Below, one piece after another: positions 1 through 14,590 of a stretch of DNA of 64,000 bases; positions within the stretch are counted from its first letter, which is position 1, and each line of letters opens with the position of its first letter. Position numbers and translations under genes: made by a program. The notes beneath the pieces are model-generated. The model had not been told where the DNA came from and made no database searches. It saw nothing but the letters and a program-made list of their open reading frames with translations. This stretch comes from Octopus sinensis (taxonomy: Eukaryota): NCBI RefSeq assembly GCF_006345805.1, contig NC_043019.1, forward strand, positions 4,277,360 to 4,341,359. The letters are read 5' to 3'.

Positions 1-210
1 AGTCTTCCTCTTCCACAGGTACCATTCACTTTCAGTGCCGGGCACTTCTCTAGACAGCTGTCTTTACTCATACGCATCACATGTCCAAACCAATATATTC
101 TCCTCTCCTGCATGCCACATTTAATTCCTCTTCTGTCCAACTTTTCTCTCAACACAGTTTCATTTATGTAATTTATGCACACTGATGTTGTACATCCAAT
201 GGAGCATACT
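1..210 (-). mobile_element. RTE LINE ORF C-terminal fragment
   Basis: Manual translation SMLHWMYNISV / VLREKL...QERRIYWFGHVMRM...GTCGRGR. Confidence 0.75.
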
Positions 211-1087
211 ACCTATATGTATGTATGCATGCATGCATGTATGTATGTAGATATGTAAGTACGTACGTATGTTCCAAATCATTTTCTCTCTCCTTCACAG
301 TTCTCTGTCTTCCACCCTCTCCCTCACTATTCCTCCTTTGCTCACGTGACCATCGGCTATTTTTCTTTCTTCTCCTAACTTGTGTTTCATTCTTTCTTCT
401 TGTTGCAGCTGGACAAGGAAGACGTATTCTTTTCTGTCTCCTGTCCAAGCTTATTTCTTAATGCTCACCACCACAACCTCGTTTAGGCTTATCAGCCCTT
501 CCTGTTTGTTTTCACACTCCTGTTTTTGTCACTAATTTTGACCCTCCGCAAAATTGCAAATTTTATTTCATTTGCTTTGCGGGATCAACTGTTTTATCGA
601 AGGCGTATCTTGTCATGAATTGCTCGAAATACGGATTAGAAAAACAGCCGACAACTGATGAAGGGTCGTTCTTTGTGCTGTTTGTCTTGCTTTAAATTTG
701 TTTCTTTTCTTGTTCGCAAAATGTCCTCGTACTTCATATCTTTTGTTGTTTATGTTTTGGGACATCCTGTGCCCACATATGCATACGTATATATGTATAC
801 ATGTAAGTATGTATGTATACGTATGTATATATGCATATATATATACTCTTTTACTTGTTTCAGTCATTTGATTGCAGCCACGCTGGAGCACCGCCTTTAG
901 TCGAGAAAATCAACCCCTAGGACTTATTCTTTGGAAGCCTAGTACTTATTCTATTGGTCTCTTTTGCCGAACCACTAAGTTACGGGGACGTAAACACACC
1001 ACTATCAATTGTTAAGCGATGTTGGGGGGGACAGACAAACAAACACACAAACACAAACACACACACACACACAACACACACACACAC

Positions 1088-1127
<40 letters not shown>

Positions 1128-1457
1128 CATATATACGATGGGCTTCTTTCAGTTTCCGTCTACCAAACCCACTCGCAAGGCTTCCATCGACCCAAGGCTA
1201 AAGACACAAGGTGCCATGCAGTGGGAATGAACCCAGAAACCATGTGGTTGGTAAGCAAGCTTCTTACCACACAGCCACTCCTACGCCTATATATATTATT
1301 TATATTATTATCCATGTATATACATATACACACACATACATATCTATAAGCGTGTGCGTGTGTGATTCGGGTGATCAGATGATGACGTAATTTTTGTAGA
1401 CACATCCAACTAATTTTCTAGTTGACTTCCTGCTTAAACCTCCAACTTAAACTGCAT

Positions 1458-1547
<90 letters not shown>

Positions 1548-1848
1548 TGTGTGTGTGTATGTGTTTGTGTGTCTGTGTTTGTCCCCCCAACATCGCTTGA
1601 CAACCGATGCTGGTGTGTTTACGTCCCCGTAACTTAACGGTTCGGCAAAAGAGAGCGATAGAATAAGTACTAGGCTTACAAAGAAGAAGTCCTGGGGTTG
1701 ATTTGCTCGACTAAACTGAAATTTAGCTATAGATAGCGTTTCACTTCAGCAACTATGTACATATGTAATAGAATATATATATAGACAGGCAAACAACTGT
1801 GATTTCAGGTCAGATCTGAACATTTTCGTATTTATATATTTGATACGT

Positions 1849-2160
1849 GGAGGCGCAATGGCCCAATGGTTAGGGCAGCGGACTCGCGGTCGTAGGATCG
1901 TGGTTTCGATTCCCAGACCGGGCGTTGTGAGTGTTTATTGAGCGAAAACACCTAAAAAGCTCCACAAGGCTCTGGCACGGGGTGGTGGCGATCCCTGCTG
2001 TACTCTTTCGCCACAACATTCTCTCACTCTTTCTTCTGTTGGCCTGCTCGCTTAGCCAGCGAGGTGGCGTCATTCGGAGGCTAAAACAATGCGAAGCGCA
2101 TTGTGACCAGCGATGAGTAGCAACATCTGATGGTCTGGTCGGTCACGTGATCGCGTGATA
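1849..2160 (+). mobile_element. tRNA-Arg(TCG)-derived SINE (further copies 24899-25275 and 43441-43690)
   Basis: GGAGGCGCAATGGCCCAATGGTTAGGGCAGCGGACTCGCGGTC...GGTTTCGATTCC head with anticodon TCG; ATATTTGATAC target duplication. Confidence 0.8.
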
Positions 2161-2903
2161 TTTGATACACTTGGGAGTAGAGGGAACGTTAGAGGAGTTT
2201 AAATCGCAAAAATCACTAAAAAATAGTTGAGGAATCTTCAAAATGTTGGTATTCTCGTGAAACAGTTTTGGACTTAACTCTTTTATTCTTTTACTCTTTT
2301 ACTTGTTTCAATCATTTGACTGCGGCCATGCTGGAGCACCGCCTTTAATCGAGCAACTCGACCCAGGGACTTATTCTTTTGTAAGCCCAGTACTTATTCT
2401 ATCGGTCTCTTTTGGCGAACCGCTAGGTGACGGGGACATAAACACACCAGCATCGGTTGTCAAGCAATGCTAGGGAGACAAACACAGACACACAAACACA
2501 CTCACACGCACACACACATATATATACATATATACGACGGGCTTCTTTCAGTTTCCGTCTACCAAATCCACTCACAAGGCTTTGGTCGGCCCGAGGCTAT
2601 AGCAGAAGACACTTGCCCAAGGTGTCACGCAGTGGGACTGGACCCGGACCCATGTGGTTGGCAAGCAAGCTACTTACCACACAGCCACTCCTGCGCTTAA
2701 CTGTATAATTTTTGTGGGAAAATACTAGAATTTACCATAACCAGTATGGACATTCCTTTACTGATCTTTTATGATGTACACCTCCGTGACATTCAATTTT
2801 ACTCTTATATGTCAATGCAGGAATATATAAATGTCATAGAGCTGACCTGACAGCAGTTTTTTGCTTCTTTACACATTTATAATTTTATTCTACTTCATAT
2901 AAG

Positions 2904-3066
2904 GTGCAGGAGTGGCTGAGCTATGTGGTAAGTGGCTTGCTTACCAACCACATGGTTTCGGGTTCAGTCCCACTGCGACGCACCCTAGGCAAGTGTCTTC
3001 TACTAAAGCCTCGGGTCGACCAAGCCTTGAGTGGAGTTGGTCGACGGAAACTGAAAGAAGCCCGTC

Positions 3067-3111
<45 letters not shown>

Positions 3112-3116
3112 TAGAT

Positions 3117-3188
<72 letters not shown>

Positions 3189-3428
3189 TGTGTGTGTGTG
3201 TATGTGTTGTGGTGTCGTGTTTGTGTGTCTGTGTTTGTCCCCCCAACATCGCTTGACAACCGATGCTGGTGTGTTTACGTCCCCGTAACTTAACGGTTCG
3301 GCAAAAGAGAGCGATAGAATAAGTACTAGGCTTACAAAGAAGAAGTCCTGGGGTTGATTTGCTCGACTAAGAGGCGGTGCTCCAGCATGGCCGCAGTCAA
3401 ATGACTGAAACAAGTAAAAGAGTAAAAG
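2904..3428 (+). mobile_element. Dominant tRNA-derived SINE with internal (TA/TG) microsatellite and (GAGTAAAA)n tail
   Basis: Head GCAGGAGTGGCTG...GGTTCAGTCCC. About 20 full or partial copies, e.g. 845-1290(-), 2280-2698(-), 23414-23722(+), 31728-32130(+), 44915-45332(+), 46327-46736(-), 47235-47642(+), 53905-54330(-), 54710-55495(-), 55870-56293(+), 58655-59069(-), 59800-60203(+), 63172-63557(-). Confidence 0.9.
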
Positions 3429-4532
3429 AGAGTAAAGAGTACATACACGAATGCAGGCACACACACACACACACACACAGACACACACACACACACCACA
3501 AATACATGGGGTTGTGCTGAACAACTTCTGATTAATAAAGCTGTACTGTCTGATTATAGGAAAGTAATTGATTCTTATTTCTTTACTACCCACAAGGGGT
3601 TAAACACAGAGGGGACAAACGGGGACAGACAAACGGATTAAGTCGATTATATCGACCCCAGTGCGTAACTGGTACTTAATTTATCGACCTCGAAAGAATG
3701 AAAGGCAAAGTCGAGTTCGGCGGAATTTGAACTCACAACGTAACGGCAGACGAAATACCTATTTCTTTACTACCCACAAGGGGCTACACACAGAGAGGAC
3801 AAACAAGGACAGACAAACGGGTTAAGTCGATTATATCGACCCCAGAAGGTAACTGGTACTTAATTTATCGACTTCGGCGGAATTTGAACTCAGAGCGTAG
3901 CGGCAGACGAAATACCTGTTTCTTTACTACCCACAAGGGGCTAAACACAGAAGGGACAAACAGGGACAGACAAACGGATTAAGTCGATTACATCGACTCC
4001 AGTGCATAACTGGTACTTAATTTATCGACCCCGAAAGGATGAAAGGCAAAGTTGACCTCGGCGGAATTTGAACTCAGACAAACGGATTAAGTCGATTACA
4101 TCGACCCCAGTGCGTAACGGGTACTTATTTAATTGCTGAGTGGGGAAAAACCAGTCTCTTAGACACAAAACCTGGGCATCAGTGGTCTCATTATCTCACA
4201 CAATGCTACAAGTACCTTCTTAGCATTGATGAAAATATATCAATGTCGAAATCAAACTCGGTGGCTGGCATCCGGCGCTAGGATTACCATGCGAGTGAGA
4301 TCGTTGCCACAGCAACTAGTTGGCCTTCGCGCCGATGCACTTGAAACACACCATTCGAGCGTGATCGTTACCGCGTCGTCTTACTAACACCTGTGCTGAT
4401 GGCACGTGAAACATTCGAGCGAGGTCGTCGCCAGTGCAGCTGGACTGGCTCTTGTGCAGGTGGCACATAAAAAGCACCATTTGGGCGTGGTCGTTTCGAA
4501 TTTGTTTCTCCATTTTCTTATTTGTATTATAC

Positions 4533-4577
<45 letters not shown>

Positions 4578-6259
4578 ATATATATATAATATATATATTA
4601 TATATATGTATTATATATATGTATTATATATATATGTACATATATATTATGTGATATATATATATAAGTATATAATATATATATATTATATATAGATATA
4701 TATATATATACCATATGTATATACATAAATACATACATACATACATACATACATCCAAGCATATGTAATGATAATAATAAGTGGATGTAAACACATGAAC
4801 AAAATAAGAATAAACAACAACAACAAAAACAAGTTACATGAACGTATATAAACAGAAGATACAAATATTACAGGCATCCCCCCCACACACACTAAATAAA
4901 CATAGACGCACATAGAGATATAAGCATGCGCAATGAAGACATACAATAGAAATACAAAATGGCTGACGGTTAGTAAGGAGAGACACAAATAAGAAAGAAG
5001 AAAACAAAGGACCGATGATGCAGTCACAGGAGTGTGACGAAAGAACTCTGGCCGAAATAAGATTAAGATTAATGTAAAAAATAAATAACATTGAAGTAAA
5101 ATAACACCAAATATATAGTGCGTGTGTTTTTATTGGCTAAACTGGCAAAATGACCATTCCGAAATATAACAATATCTGTTTCAACACACGACATCACATA
5201 AAAAATCTTGCACAACAAATATATATATATATATATATAGGTAAACAGTAAAAATAATACAGACATGGACAAGAACATGAAACACACAGAGACGACACAA
5301 GAACCACAGGAGGGACATTCGAAGCCATCAGTCATCATCAGTCAGAACCAGATCATCTTAGCAATTTCGGCTGATTAATCTTGAGATTGCTCCGATATGG
5401 GCAGCCCGCCAAGGGAAATCTAAGCCAAGCGCATTAGATCCCTGGAAGAAGAAAGCTTCGAATGTATACAACACGAGGACGGAAAACGACGAAGTACACG
5501 AACAAAATACAGAATACGTGACACCAATAAGAATACAAAACGTAAAAACAATAACGGTAAAAATAAAAAATAAACAAACAAAACAAAACCAGGACGTAGG
5601 ACAAGGGTCTTTCGACAGGACGAGTGAGTATGGGGCTGGCTTATGAAGTTGTGCCTAATGGCCGCAGGGAGACGAACAAATACGTGTTGCTTCGGCGACT
5701 GCTGAAACGAAAAGAGCGCTCAACAGCGGCTAGCGGTCACGTGAGAACAAAAGACAGGAGAAAGGGACAGATGAAAAGAGAGAGAAGGTGGACGAGGGAG
5801 GAGAAGAAAGAGACAGATCGAGGGGGCTGGAGGTGAGAGAGATAGAGAAACGTAGAAGGGGGGGAGACGGATGGAGAGGGGAAAGAAAGGAAGGGGAATA
5901 AGGGGGAGAGAGAGAGAGAGAAAGAGACAGATTAAGAGTCGTATCAATGCTAGAGAAAAAATATACTTATCGTATAAGGACAATTGTGGATACGTAGCCG
6001 CCGATTATATAGGTAAACAGTAAAAATAATTACAGACATGGACAAGAACATGAAACACCACAGAGACGACACAAGAACCACAGGACGGGACATTCGAAGC
6101 CCTCAGTCATCAGTCTATATATATATATATATATATAATATATATACACACTTATATATATACGGCGGTGCATCAGCATGGCCGCAGCTCTGAGCTGAAA
6201 CTTTAAAAAAAAAAAAAAAATATATATATATGTATGTATGTATATGTATATGTATATAT

Positions 6260-7960
6260 ACATGAAATTTTATAGAAATACCGTTTCAAATGGCACAGAT
6301 TGTGATTATAAAGAAGTTTGCGGGGAAAGTGTTTTCCGAAGGGGTTGGGGAGAAGATTTCAGAAAATTCACTCGATCCGTTTTTTTCCTCCCGTATAACT
6401 TCCAGGAAAATGGATATCTTTTGGTGAAATTTTACAGTAACACCTGTAAAACAGCTTAGATTACGATTATAAAGAAATTTGTGGGAAAAATGCTTTCCGA
6501 AGGGGTAGGGAGAAGACTGTTGGAAAGTTCACACGATCCGTTTTTTTCCCCCTCATAACTTTTAGAATCTAGTTTAGCGCCTGGTCACCAAAACGTAAAA
6601 AAAAAAAAAATCTCAGTCTAATGGGTGCACAAAAACGGGTAGAAAACGAATATGAAAGAAAAAATTTGTGCGAACTAAATGGAGTGGGGTGGGGAAAGGA
6701 CTTGCGGAAAATTCACATGATCCTATTTTTTCCCTCATAGCTTTCAGGAAACTGGATATCTTTCAATGAAATTTTACAGAAACACCTTTCAAACAGCATA
6801 GATTACGATTATAAAGAAATTTATGGGGAAAGTGTTTTCCGAATGGGTGGTGTAGAGGACTGTCGGAAAATTCACACGATCTGTTAGTTTCCCTCATAAC
6901 TTTCAGGAAAGCATTTTCCCCGTAAATTTCTTTATAATCGTAATCTATACCGTTTGAAAGGTCTTTCTGCGAAATTTCATTAAAAGATATTCATTCTCCT
7001 GAAAGTTATGGGGGTAAAAATCGGAGGATCTTTTCGGTTTGAACGGCAGTTTTTAACATAATTTCTAGGTAACTAAAAAATTTTAAACTTCGTATTCTGG
7101 TAGAATGTGTTTATAAAACATTTTTTTTACTCTTGGCTTTATTGAGGAAATTCTATAGTTTGCAAGATATTTGTTGTGTTTTTTTTCTGCAATTTCAACC
7201 AATCAATGACGTCTATTGAGGTAATAAACATTTTGTGCCATATGAATATGTCCCTCGTTTAAGAAACAGATTGGGTTTATTTACATTTGTGAAGAAAAAA
7301 AAGATACCCTTCCCCCCACCCTTAACCCTAACTAACCCTAACCCTAAAATAGATTGAAATGCAACAGATCGATACTAGGGTCATAATTATGGGTGACAAT
7401 TTCATATGACACGGCTAGAAAAACTGCCGTTCAAACCGAAAAGATCCAAATCGGATCGTATGAATTTTCCGAAAGTCCTCTCAACACCCGACCACCCGTT
7501 TGTTTGCGCAAATTTTTGTTTTCATATTCGTTTTCTACGTCTATGTCTGTTTTTCTATGTCTTTTTCTTACTCCTAGTAGACTATTTTTGTTTTCGTTTT
7601 GGTGGCCAGGTGCTAAACTAGATCCTGAAAGTTATGAGGGGAAAAAAACGGACCGTGTGAATTTTCCAACAGTCTTCTCCACCACCCATTCGGAAAACAT
7701 TTTCCCCACAAATTTCCTTATCCACTTTCCTGAAAGTTATGAGGGAAAAACCGGATCTTGTAATTTTTCTGAAATCTTCTCCCCACCACTTGTCATGGGA
7801 TTTTCCTGAAAGTTATGAAGGAAAAGTCGGATCTTGTGAATTTTCCTTAAGTCCTCCCCTCTCCCTTCGTTTGCGCAAATTTTTGTTTTCATATTTGTTT
7901 TCTACACATTTTTTTTTACACCTAGTAGACTCGTTCTTTTTGTTTTCATGACCGGGGCTT
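6260..7960. repeat. Fold-back-like element built of ~180-bp subunits in direct and inverted orientation
   Basis: Units with TTATAAAGAAATTT.GGGGAAA..GTTTTCCGAA and CCCTCATAACTTTCAGGA repeat at 6260-6900 and recur inverted at 6900-7040 and 7620-7900. Confidence 0.65.
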
Positions 7961-8958
7961 AAACTGTATATTTATTTCTTATTTCTTTATTACCCACAAG
8001 GGGCTAAACATAGAGGGGACAAACAAGGACAGACAAACGTATTAAGTCGATTACATCGACCCCAGTGCGTAACTGGTACTTAATTTATCGACCCCGAAAG
8101 GATGAAAGGCAAAGTCGACCTCGGCGGAATTTGAACTCAGAACGTAGCGGCAGACGAAATACCTATTTCTTTATTACCCACAAGGGGCTAAACATAGAGT
8201 GAACAAACAAGGACAGACACAGGTATTAAGTCGATTACATCGACCCCAGTGCGTAACTGGTACTTAATTTATCGACCCCGAAAGGATGAAAGGCAAAGTC
8301 GACCTCGGCGGAATTTGAACTCAGAACGTAGCGGCAGACGAAATACCTATTTCTTTATTACCCACAAGGGGCTAAACATAGAGGGAACAAACAAGGACAG
8401 ACACAGGTATTAAGTCGATTACATCGACCCCAGTGCGTAACTGGTACTTAATTTATCGACCCCGAAAGGATGAAAGGCAAAGTCGACCTCGGCGGAATTT
8501 GAACTCACAACGTAACGCAGACGAAATACCGCTAAGCATTTCGCCCGGCATGCTAACGTTTCTGCCAGCTCGCCACCTTATATATATATATAAACTGTAT
8601 ATTGAACAATAAATTTTCAAGGCGGTGCCCCAGCATGGCCGCAGTCAAATGACTGAAACAAATAAAAAATAAGGGTTGTCTAGCGTATGACTGAAGCATA
8701 AATTTAGCAATAGTGCTCTTGCTGTTGAGCACAAGGTTTAGGTGTGGTTAAGCAGAAACGTACCTAGATGCATTCCAGCCATGACTAACTCTACTTTTTT
8801 CTAGATCAAGGACTGGCTGCATGGGCCATTGTGTTCGGATAATGCTTTTGTTGTGAATGGAGCGAATTCGGTTGCTATTTCTCCGAGACGAAGCGACAGC
8901 ATTGTTTTTTTTTTCCTGTTGGCTCAATGCACTGGAGTTGTCAACGGTCTACATGTGT

Positions 8959-8994
<36 letters not shown>

Positions 8995-9649
8995 TGTGCG
9001 TAGCCGTATTTCGTCTGCCGCTACGTTCTGAGTTCAAATTTCGCCGAGGTCGACTTTGCTTTTCATCCTTTCGGGGTCGATAAATTAAGTACCAGTTACG
9101 CACTGGGGTCGATGTAATCGACTTAATACCTATGTCTGACCTTGTTTGTTCCCTCTGTGTTTGGCTCCTTGTGGCTAGTAAAGAAACAGTGTGTGTGTGT
9201 GTGTGTGTGTGTGTTGTGTGTGTATGTGTATGTGTGTGTGTATGTGTGTGTGTGTTTGTGTGTGTGTGTGTCTATGACTGTGTATTTATATGTATACGTT
9301 TGTGTATATGTGTATACGTGGGAGTGTCTGCTCGTTTGTATACGTGTGAATGTGCGTTTTGAGTGCTTGCTTTTATGTATATATGGGTGCGTGTCTTTTA
9401 TAGAGAAATGAAAGAGAAGAGAGAAGAATTAAGTTAGAGTGACCTAGAATTTGACAATGGAAGTGACTGGAAGAGAAACGACGAAAGAAAAAAAACAGAA
9501 AGAAAAAGAGAGTAAGAGAGAAAGAAAAAAAGGAAGAAAAGAAAGAGAGAGAGAGAGCGAGAGCGAGAAAGAAGGAGAGAGAGAGAAAGAGTAAGAGAGG
9601 AGAAAAAAAAAAAAAGACTAGATGTACGTCTGATCCGTGACACAGATTC

Positions 9650-9955
9650 GTGCGACGGAGAATTATCAAGTTTATCCGACCGAATCGGTGACTGATAAAT
9701 AGATAGGAAGTGATATACTTTTCTATATTACTGATAATATATAAATAAATATATATTTATATATATATAAATGAAGCAGTTATACATGCGTATAATAACA
9801 AGAGAGGGCGACAGAGCGAGACTAAATACTGGATGCTTTTGAATTCGCCTGTTATCCTGGGACGAAACCACCTTCGAAGTTGACACTATACGTGGCTCTG
9901 GACTCACAGTCGAAATATAATCACCTCCTCGGATTTTGTTTTTATTCCACAAAAG
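9650..9955 (+). promoter_or_regulatory. Candidate promoter and first non-coding exon of the STAND-TPR gene
   Basis: Non-repetitive, relatively CpG-rich stretch ending in a consensus donor AAG|GTAAGT at 9955/9956. The start is approximate. Confidence 0.45.
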
Positions 9956-10304
9956 GTAAGTTTTTTTTTTATTTTAGATTTTCTTTTGTGTAATTAAATG
10001 TCGACTTTATTTATTACGAAGCTGTGTTGGTTTGGTTTTGCGTGTTGTCGTTTTCTTCCAGTCAGTCGAGCAAAATTTATGAGCAAAAAAAAGTTTTTAG
10101 CCATGACAAAAATCTGCCTAAAAGTACTTTTATTACATCGACCCTGTATTCAGCAATTACTTTATTTTATCGATGTCGAAAAGATAATTATATATATATA
10201 TAATTTTGAAATATATTTAAAATAATATAAATTAATTTATCTTATGTATTGGCTTAAATTTTTCATTGTATGATTTGCCTAATAGTGGTTTTATCTCTAA
10301 TTTA

Positions 10305-10370
<66 letters not shown>

Positions 10371-11152
10371 CCGGAGTAAACACATAAATGTGAAACAAGG
10401 TGGAAAAAAAGAGTACTCAAATACCAGTGGTAGAGTAATATCGTAAATATACATATATATATATATATATTAGACATATATATATATCATATCATTCAGA
10501 TCATATCATTCGGATTATTAGCCTTTTCTCCCATTCCAGTGGGGTTTTCAAATCAAATTAATCCCTTTGTGGGCAATTTGATATATATATATATAAACAA
10601 CATCATAAAGAGCCGGGGAAAATTCTGGTCAGCATTTTATCCGGGTTTATCAGTTTATCGCTTTCGACGAATTATTAAATAGTCTACTAAAATACTAAAA
10701 TCGAAAAATCGACTTAATTCATTCCCCAGACGGGGTCTTTATGGTCATTTTAATGATGGTAAAGAAGAGGGTAAGACCAGCTGCGGTACTTGTTGTCGGA
10801 CAGTTCTAAACTATAAGGAATATATTTACGCAGTGTCTGTGTTTGAAATCAGTGTTAATAACGATTAAAAAGTGGGGGAGGAGGGGCGAACTTTCGTTTT
10901 ATGTACACGTAATGCATAAAACAGCAAAATGATAAGATAACATGCCAAGATCATTCCTCAATACAAACTCCGGCTTCGGTTCGTATTAAGACCATCCATA
11001 CATCAAGTTTGTGAAAATGATGCCTTGTAAACCCTATCTACCTACCTATCTATCTACCTACCTATCTATCTGTTTACTTGTCTACCTACCCCCTACTTAC
11101 CTACCTATCCGTCTGTCTGTTAACTCGTCTACCTGCCTACCTACCTATCTAA

Positions 11153-11183
<31 letters not shown>

Positions 11184-12619
11184 CTCACATATCTATCTGC
11201 CTGTCTGTCTTTCTCTTTCTATCCATCCATCTCTCTCTCTCTATCTGTCTCTCTTTCTCTCTGCCTCACTCACTACCTGTCTGTCTCTCTCCTATCAATT
11301 GAAAAGAGAAGAGAGTGTCTTAAGTCCTATGCATGGTTGCGATATTTTCCCTCGTTGAAGTTGCCATATTTTCCTTCATTTGTGATCACGTAACTTCACA
11401 ACTTTGGGAATTCACAAAACGATGTCTGCCGTTCACCGTGTGATGGTTCGACAGTTGCTTTCTTTTTTCTCTAACTTGTTTCAGTCATTCGACTGCGGTC
11501 ATGCTGGAGCACCGCCTTGAAATGACTAGTCAAACAAATCGACCCACTAGCATAGCTAGGGTGGGGCAGATAGAGACGGTCCCACCCGGACGACTCTTTT
11601 AATGGGGCACCACTTTTGGGCCTGCTGTAGATAACATGTATTTTTTTTGTAGGATCGGGGGGTGACAAACGGAAGGGCCGCCCCGGGCGCCACACACTCT
11701 GGCTACGCTAGTGAATTGACCCCAGCACTTACTATTTTTTTAAAAAGTCTGATACTTACTCTGTCGGTTTGTTTTGCCGATCGGCAAAGTTACAGCGAGA
11801 CGGAAACAAACCAACACCTGTTGTCACATGTCGAGGGGAGACTCCCAGACACACACACACATGCATACATACATGCATACATACATGCATACATACATGC
11901 ATACATACATACATACATACATGCATACACACACGCATACATACATACATACATACATACATACATACATACATACATACATACATACATACATACGACG
12001 TGTTGGTGTTGAAATTCCAATGAAGGAGCTTTGGGTCTAGGTTAGAAACCAGCTCTTTCTTTGTCGGCAAGAAATCTTGAAATTAAAACTGAATAATGAC
12101 ATACATATCCACACACACACACATACAAACGCACATACTACGCACACACATACAAACGCACATACTACGCACACACATACAAACGTACATACTACGTACG
12201 CACACAAGCACACACACACACGACGAGTTTCCACACACTTTCTACCCACTAAATTCACTTAAAAAGTTTTGGTCAGCCTATGGCGAAGGTACTGTGTGGT
12301 GAGATTGAACCTGAAACCACAAGGTTACAAAGTGAGCTTCTACCGGTCTAAACTGCCATAAACTTATAGTCTTCACGTTTTGTGTTGAAATACCGCAAAG
12401 TTCGATTTCGTCGTCTTATTTAATGTTTATGCGAATGTGAAAACCCCTTTTTATATATTAGTCCTTGTGGCCAATAAATGAATAAATTATCATTGTTCTC
12501 TCTGTCCCCTGAGGTAGATATAAACAACACACTAGTCAACTTAGGGTATCTACGAGAATTACGTTTCAGGACAAATATTCATTTCGGCAAGACTTCCGCC
12601 CGTCCCCCACAAATAACCA

Positions 12620-12985
12620 CCCTTAAAAAATAAATTTTTTGATCTTTTCACTTTGACCGGCAGATTTTTAAAATAATTTCTTTGTAGCTAAACACTTTTA
12701 AACTTCGTATACTAGTAGAATGTGTTTATAAAACATCTTTTTCACCGCCAGAAAATGTTGTTGACAAAATACGGCAGGTATTGTATTCACCTCAATAGAC
12801 ATCATTGATTGGTTGAAATTGCCGAAATGCAAGAAATTTACAAACTACAGAATTTTCTCAAGAAAGCCAAGAGAAAAAGATGTTTTATAAACACATTCTA
12901 CCAAACGAAGTTTAAAAGTGTTTAGTTACCTAGAAATTATTTTAAAAATTTGCCGGTTAAAGTGAAAAGATACAAAATTTTTTTT
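12620..12985. repeat. Fold-back MITE-like element (partial relative at 7040-7400)
   Basis: TTTTGATCTTTTCACTTTGACCGGCAGATTTT...TTATAAAACATCTTTTT mirrored by AAAAAGATGTTTTATAA...TTGCCGGTTAAAGTGAAAAGATAC. Confidence 0.75.
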
Positions 12986-13254
12986 CGATACAACCCTACC
13001 CCCTTTTCGGCTACGGGGAATACGAATCTGCAAAAAAATTGACAAAAATCGGCATTTTTAAATTACCAACCCCCACCTCCATTTCCTTCATTTTTTTTAC
13101 TTTGTTCAGAAATTTTTTTCAAAATATGCGGGAAAATACGGAGATTATGATTCTGTAAAATTTCCAAAAATTTTTGTAAAATTTTTTTTAAAGAATTTTC
13201 TTTTTTATAAATATCCGGAAAACTGTGGACAAAAATTTCAAAACATTTCTGTTC

Positions 13255-13325
13255 TTACGGTTAGAGCTAGAGTTTTAGGGTAAGGGTTAGGGTTAGGGGT
13301 TAGGATTAGGGTTTTAGGGTTAGTG
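13255..13325 (+). repeat. Degenerate interstitial (TTAGGG)n-like tract
   Basis: TTTTAGGGTAAGGGTTAGGGTTAGGGGTTAGGATTAGGGTTTTAGGGTTAG; a shorter CCCTAA tract at ~7320-7346. Confidence 0.6.
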
Positions 13326-13559
13326 TTGGGGAAAAAGTCAATATTGAAGAAGTTGTGGGGGAAGGGGGGAAAAATTTCATAATGCCCGATTTTTGGCAAT
13401 TTTCCAGAAACTCTGTATCTGAAAATGAGGATTTTTGGCAAAAAAAAAATTTTTTTTAAATAAACAAATTTGGGAGAAAATGGGAGAGGGGACAGACGGA
13501 AGTCTTTCCTTAATTTCTAGCTTAGAGACAAACTTAAAATTATTGGTGAAGGGATTTTA

Positions 13560-13700
13560 TAAGGTTGTCCCAAAAGTTTGTAGAAAGTCTTGGAAAATAA
13601 TGGTCTTTATTTTGAGGAATAATTTTTGTTGTTTTTGTTAGTACTTGGCGAGTAAAAATTCAATTTTCGCAAGTGTTTACGAACTTTTGGGACAACCTAA
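13560..13700. mobile_element. Mariner-type MITE with TA target duplication
   Basis: TA|TAAGGTTGTCCCAAAAGTTTGTA ... TACGAACTTTTGGGACAACCTAA|TA. Confidence 0.75.
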
Positions 13701-14590
13701 TAGTTTAATGAACACTCCCAAAGCACTTAAACTTTTGGTCCGCAGACGACCCCCCCTCTCTCTCTTTCTGCACCAGACACTAGTCTGATTTATATATATA
13801 ATCTATACTGTAATAAGAGCCACATCTGTCTGTCTGTCTGTCCGCCACACTTTTTTCAGTATTAAGACAGAAAGAAATTCAATCGCATAGGAAGAAATTC
13901 AAGAATGCTATCACATATACTAAGATTAAATAATTCTGTTTAAATGGAAGAGAAAGAGTGAGAGAGAGGGGGAGTAAGAGAGAGAGTGGTGACTGAAAGG
14001 AAGAGAGGAAAAATATATTTCTTTATTGCCCACAAGGGGCTAAACATACAGGGGACAAACAAGGACAGACAAACGGATCAAGTCGATTACATCGACCCCA
14101 GTGCGAAACTGGTACTTAATTTATCGACCTCGAAAGGATGAAAGGCAAAGTCGACATTGGTGGAATTTGAACTCAGAACGTATTGGCAGACGAAATACCT
14201 ATTTCTTTACTACCCACAAGGGGCTAAACATACAGGGGACAAACAAGGACAGACAAACGGATCAAGTCGATTACATCGACCCCAGTGCGAAACTGGTACT
14301 TAATTTATCGACCTCAAAAGGATGAAAGGCAAAGTCGACATTGGTGGAATTTGAACTCAGCACGTATTGGCAGACAAAATACCTATTTCTTTACTACCCA
14401 CAGAGAGGACAAACAAGGACAGACAAAAGGATTAAGTCGATTATATCGACACCAGTGCGTAACTGGTACTTAATTTATCGACCCTGAAAGGATGAAAGGC
14501 AAAATCGACCTCGGTGGAATTTGAACTCAGAACGTAACTGCAAACGAAATACGGCTACGCATTTCGCCCGGCGTGCTAACGTTTCTACCA

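Noticed and set aside
650-700. CTGATGAAGG motif
   Set aside because: No downstream stem II-GAAA. Other isolated CTGANGA hits (15452, 15957, 24393, 32958, 42561, 58617) fail in the same way.
1849-1925. tRNA-Arg-like sequence (also 24899 and 43441; tRNA-like heads at 48562-48708)
   Set aside because: The acceptor stem does not close and the sequences run into SINE bodies, so they are SINE heads rather than tRNA genes.
9895-9922. GACT-CAC-AGTC-GAAA-TATA resembling the 3' half of a hammerhead
   Set aside because: No CTGANGA upstream and no stem I.
10615-11415. Rel/NF-kB-like sites (GGGGAAAATTCT 10615, GGGAATTCAC 11406) and a double GATA (10930) in the putative first intron
   Set aside because: Short, imperfect motifs expected by chance; attractive for an immune gene but unsupported without conservation or ChIP data.
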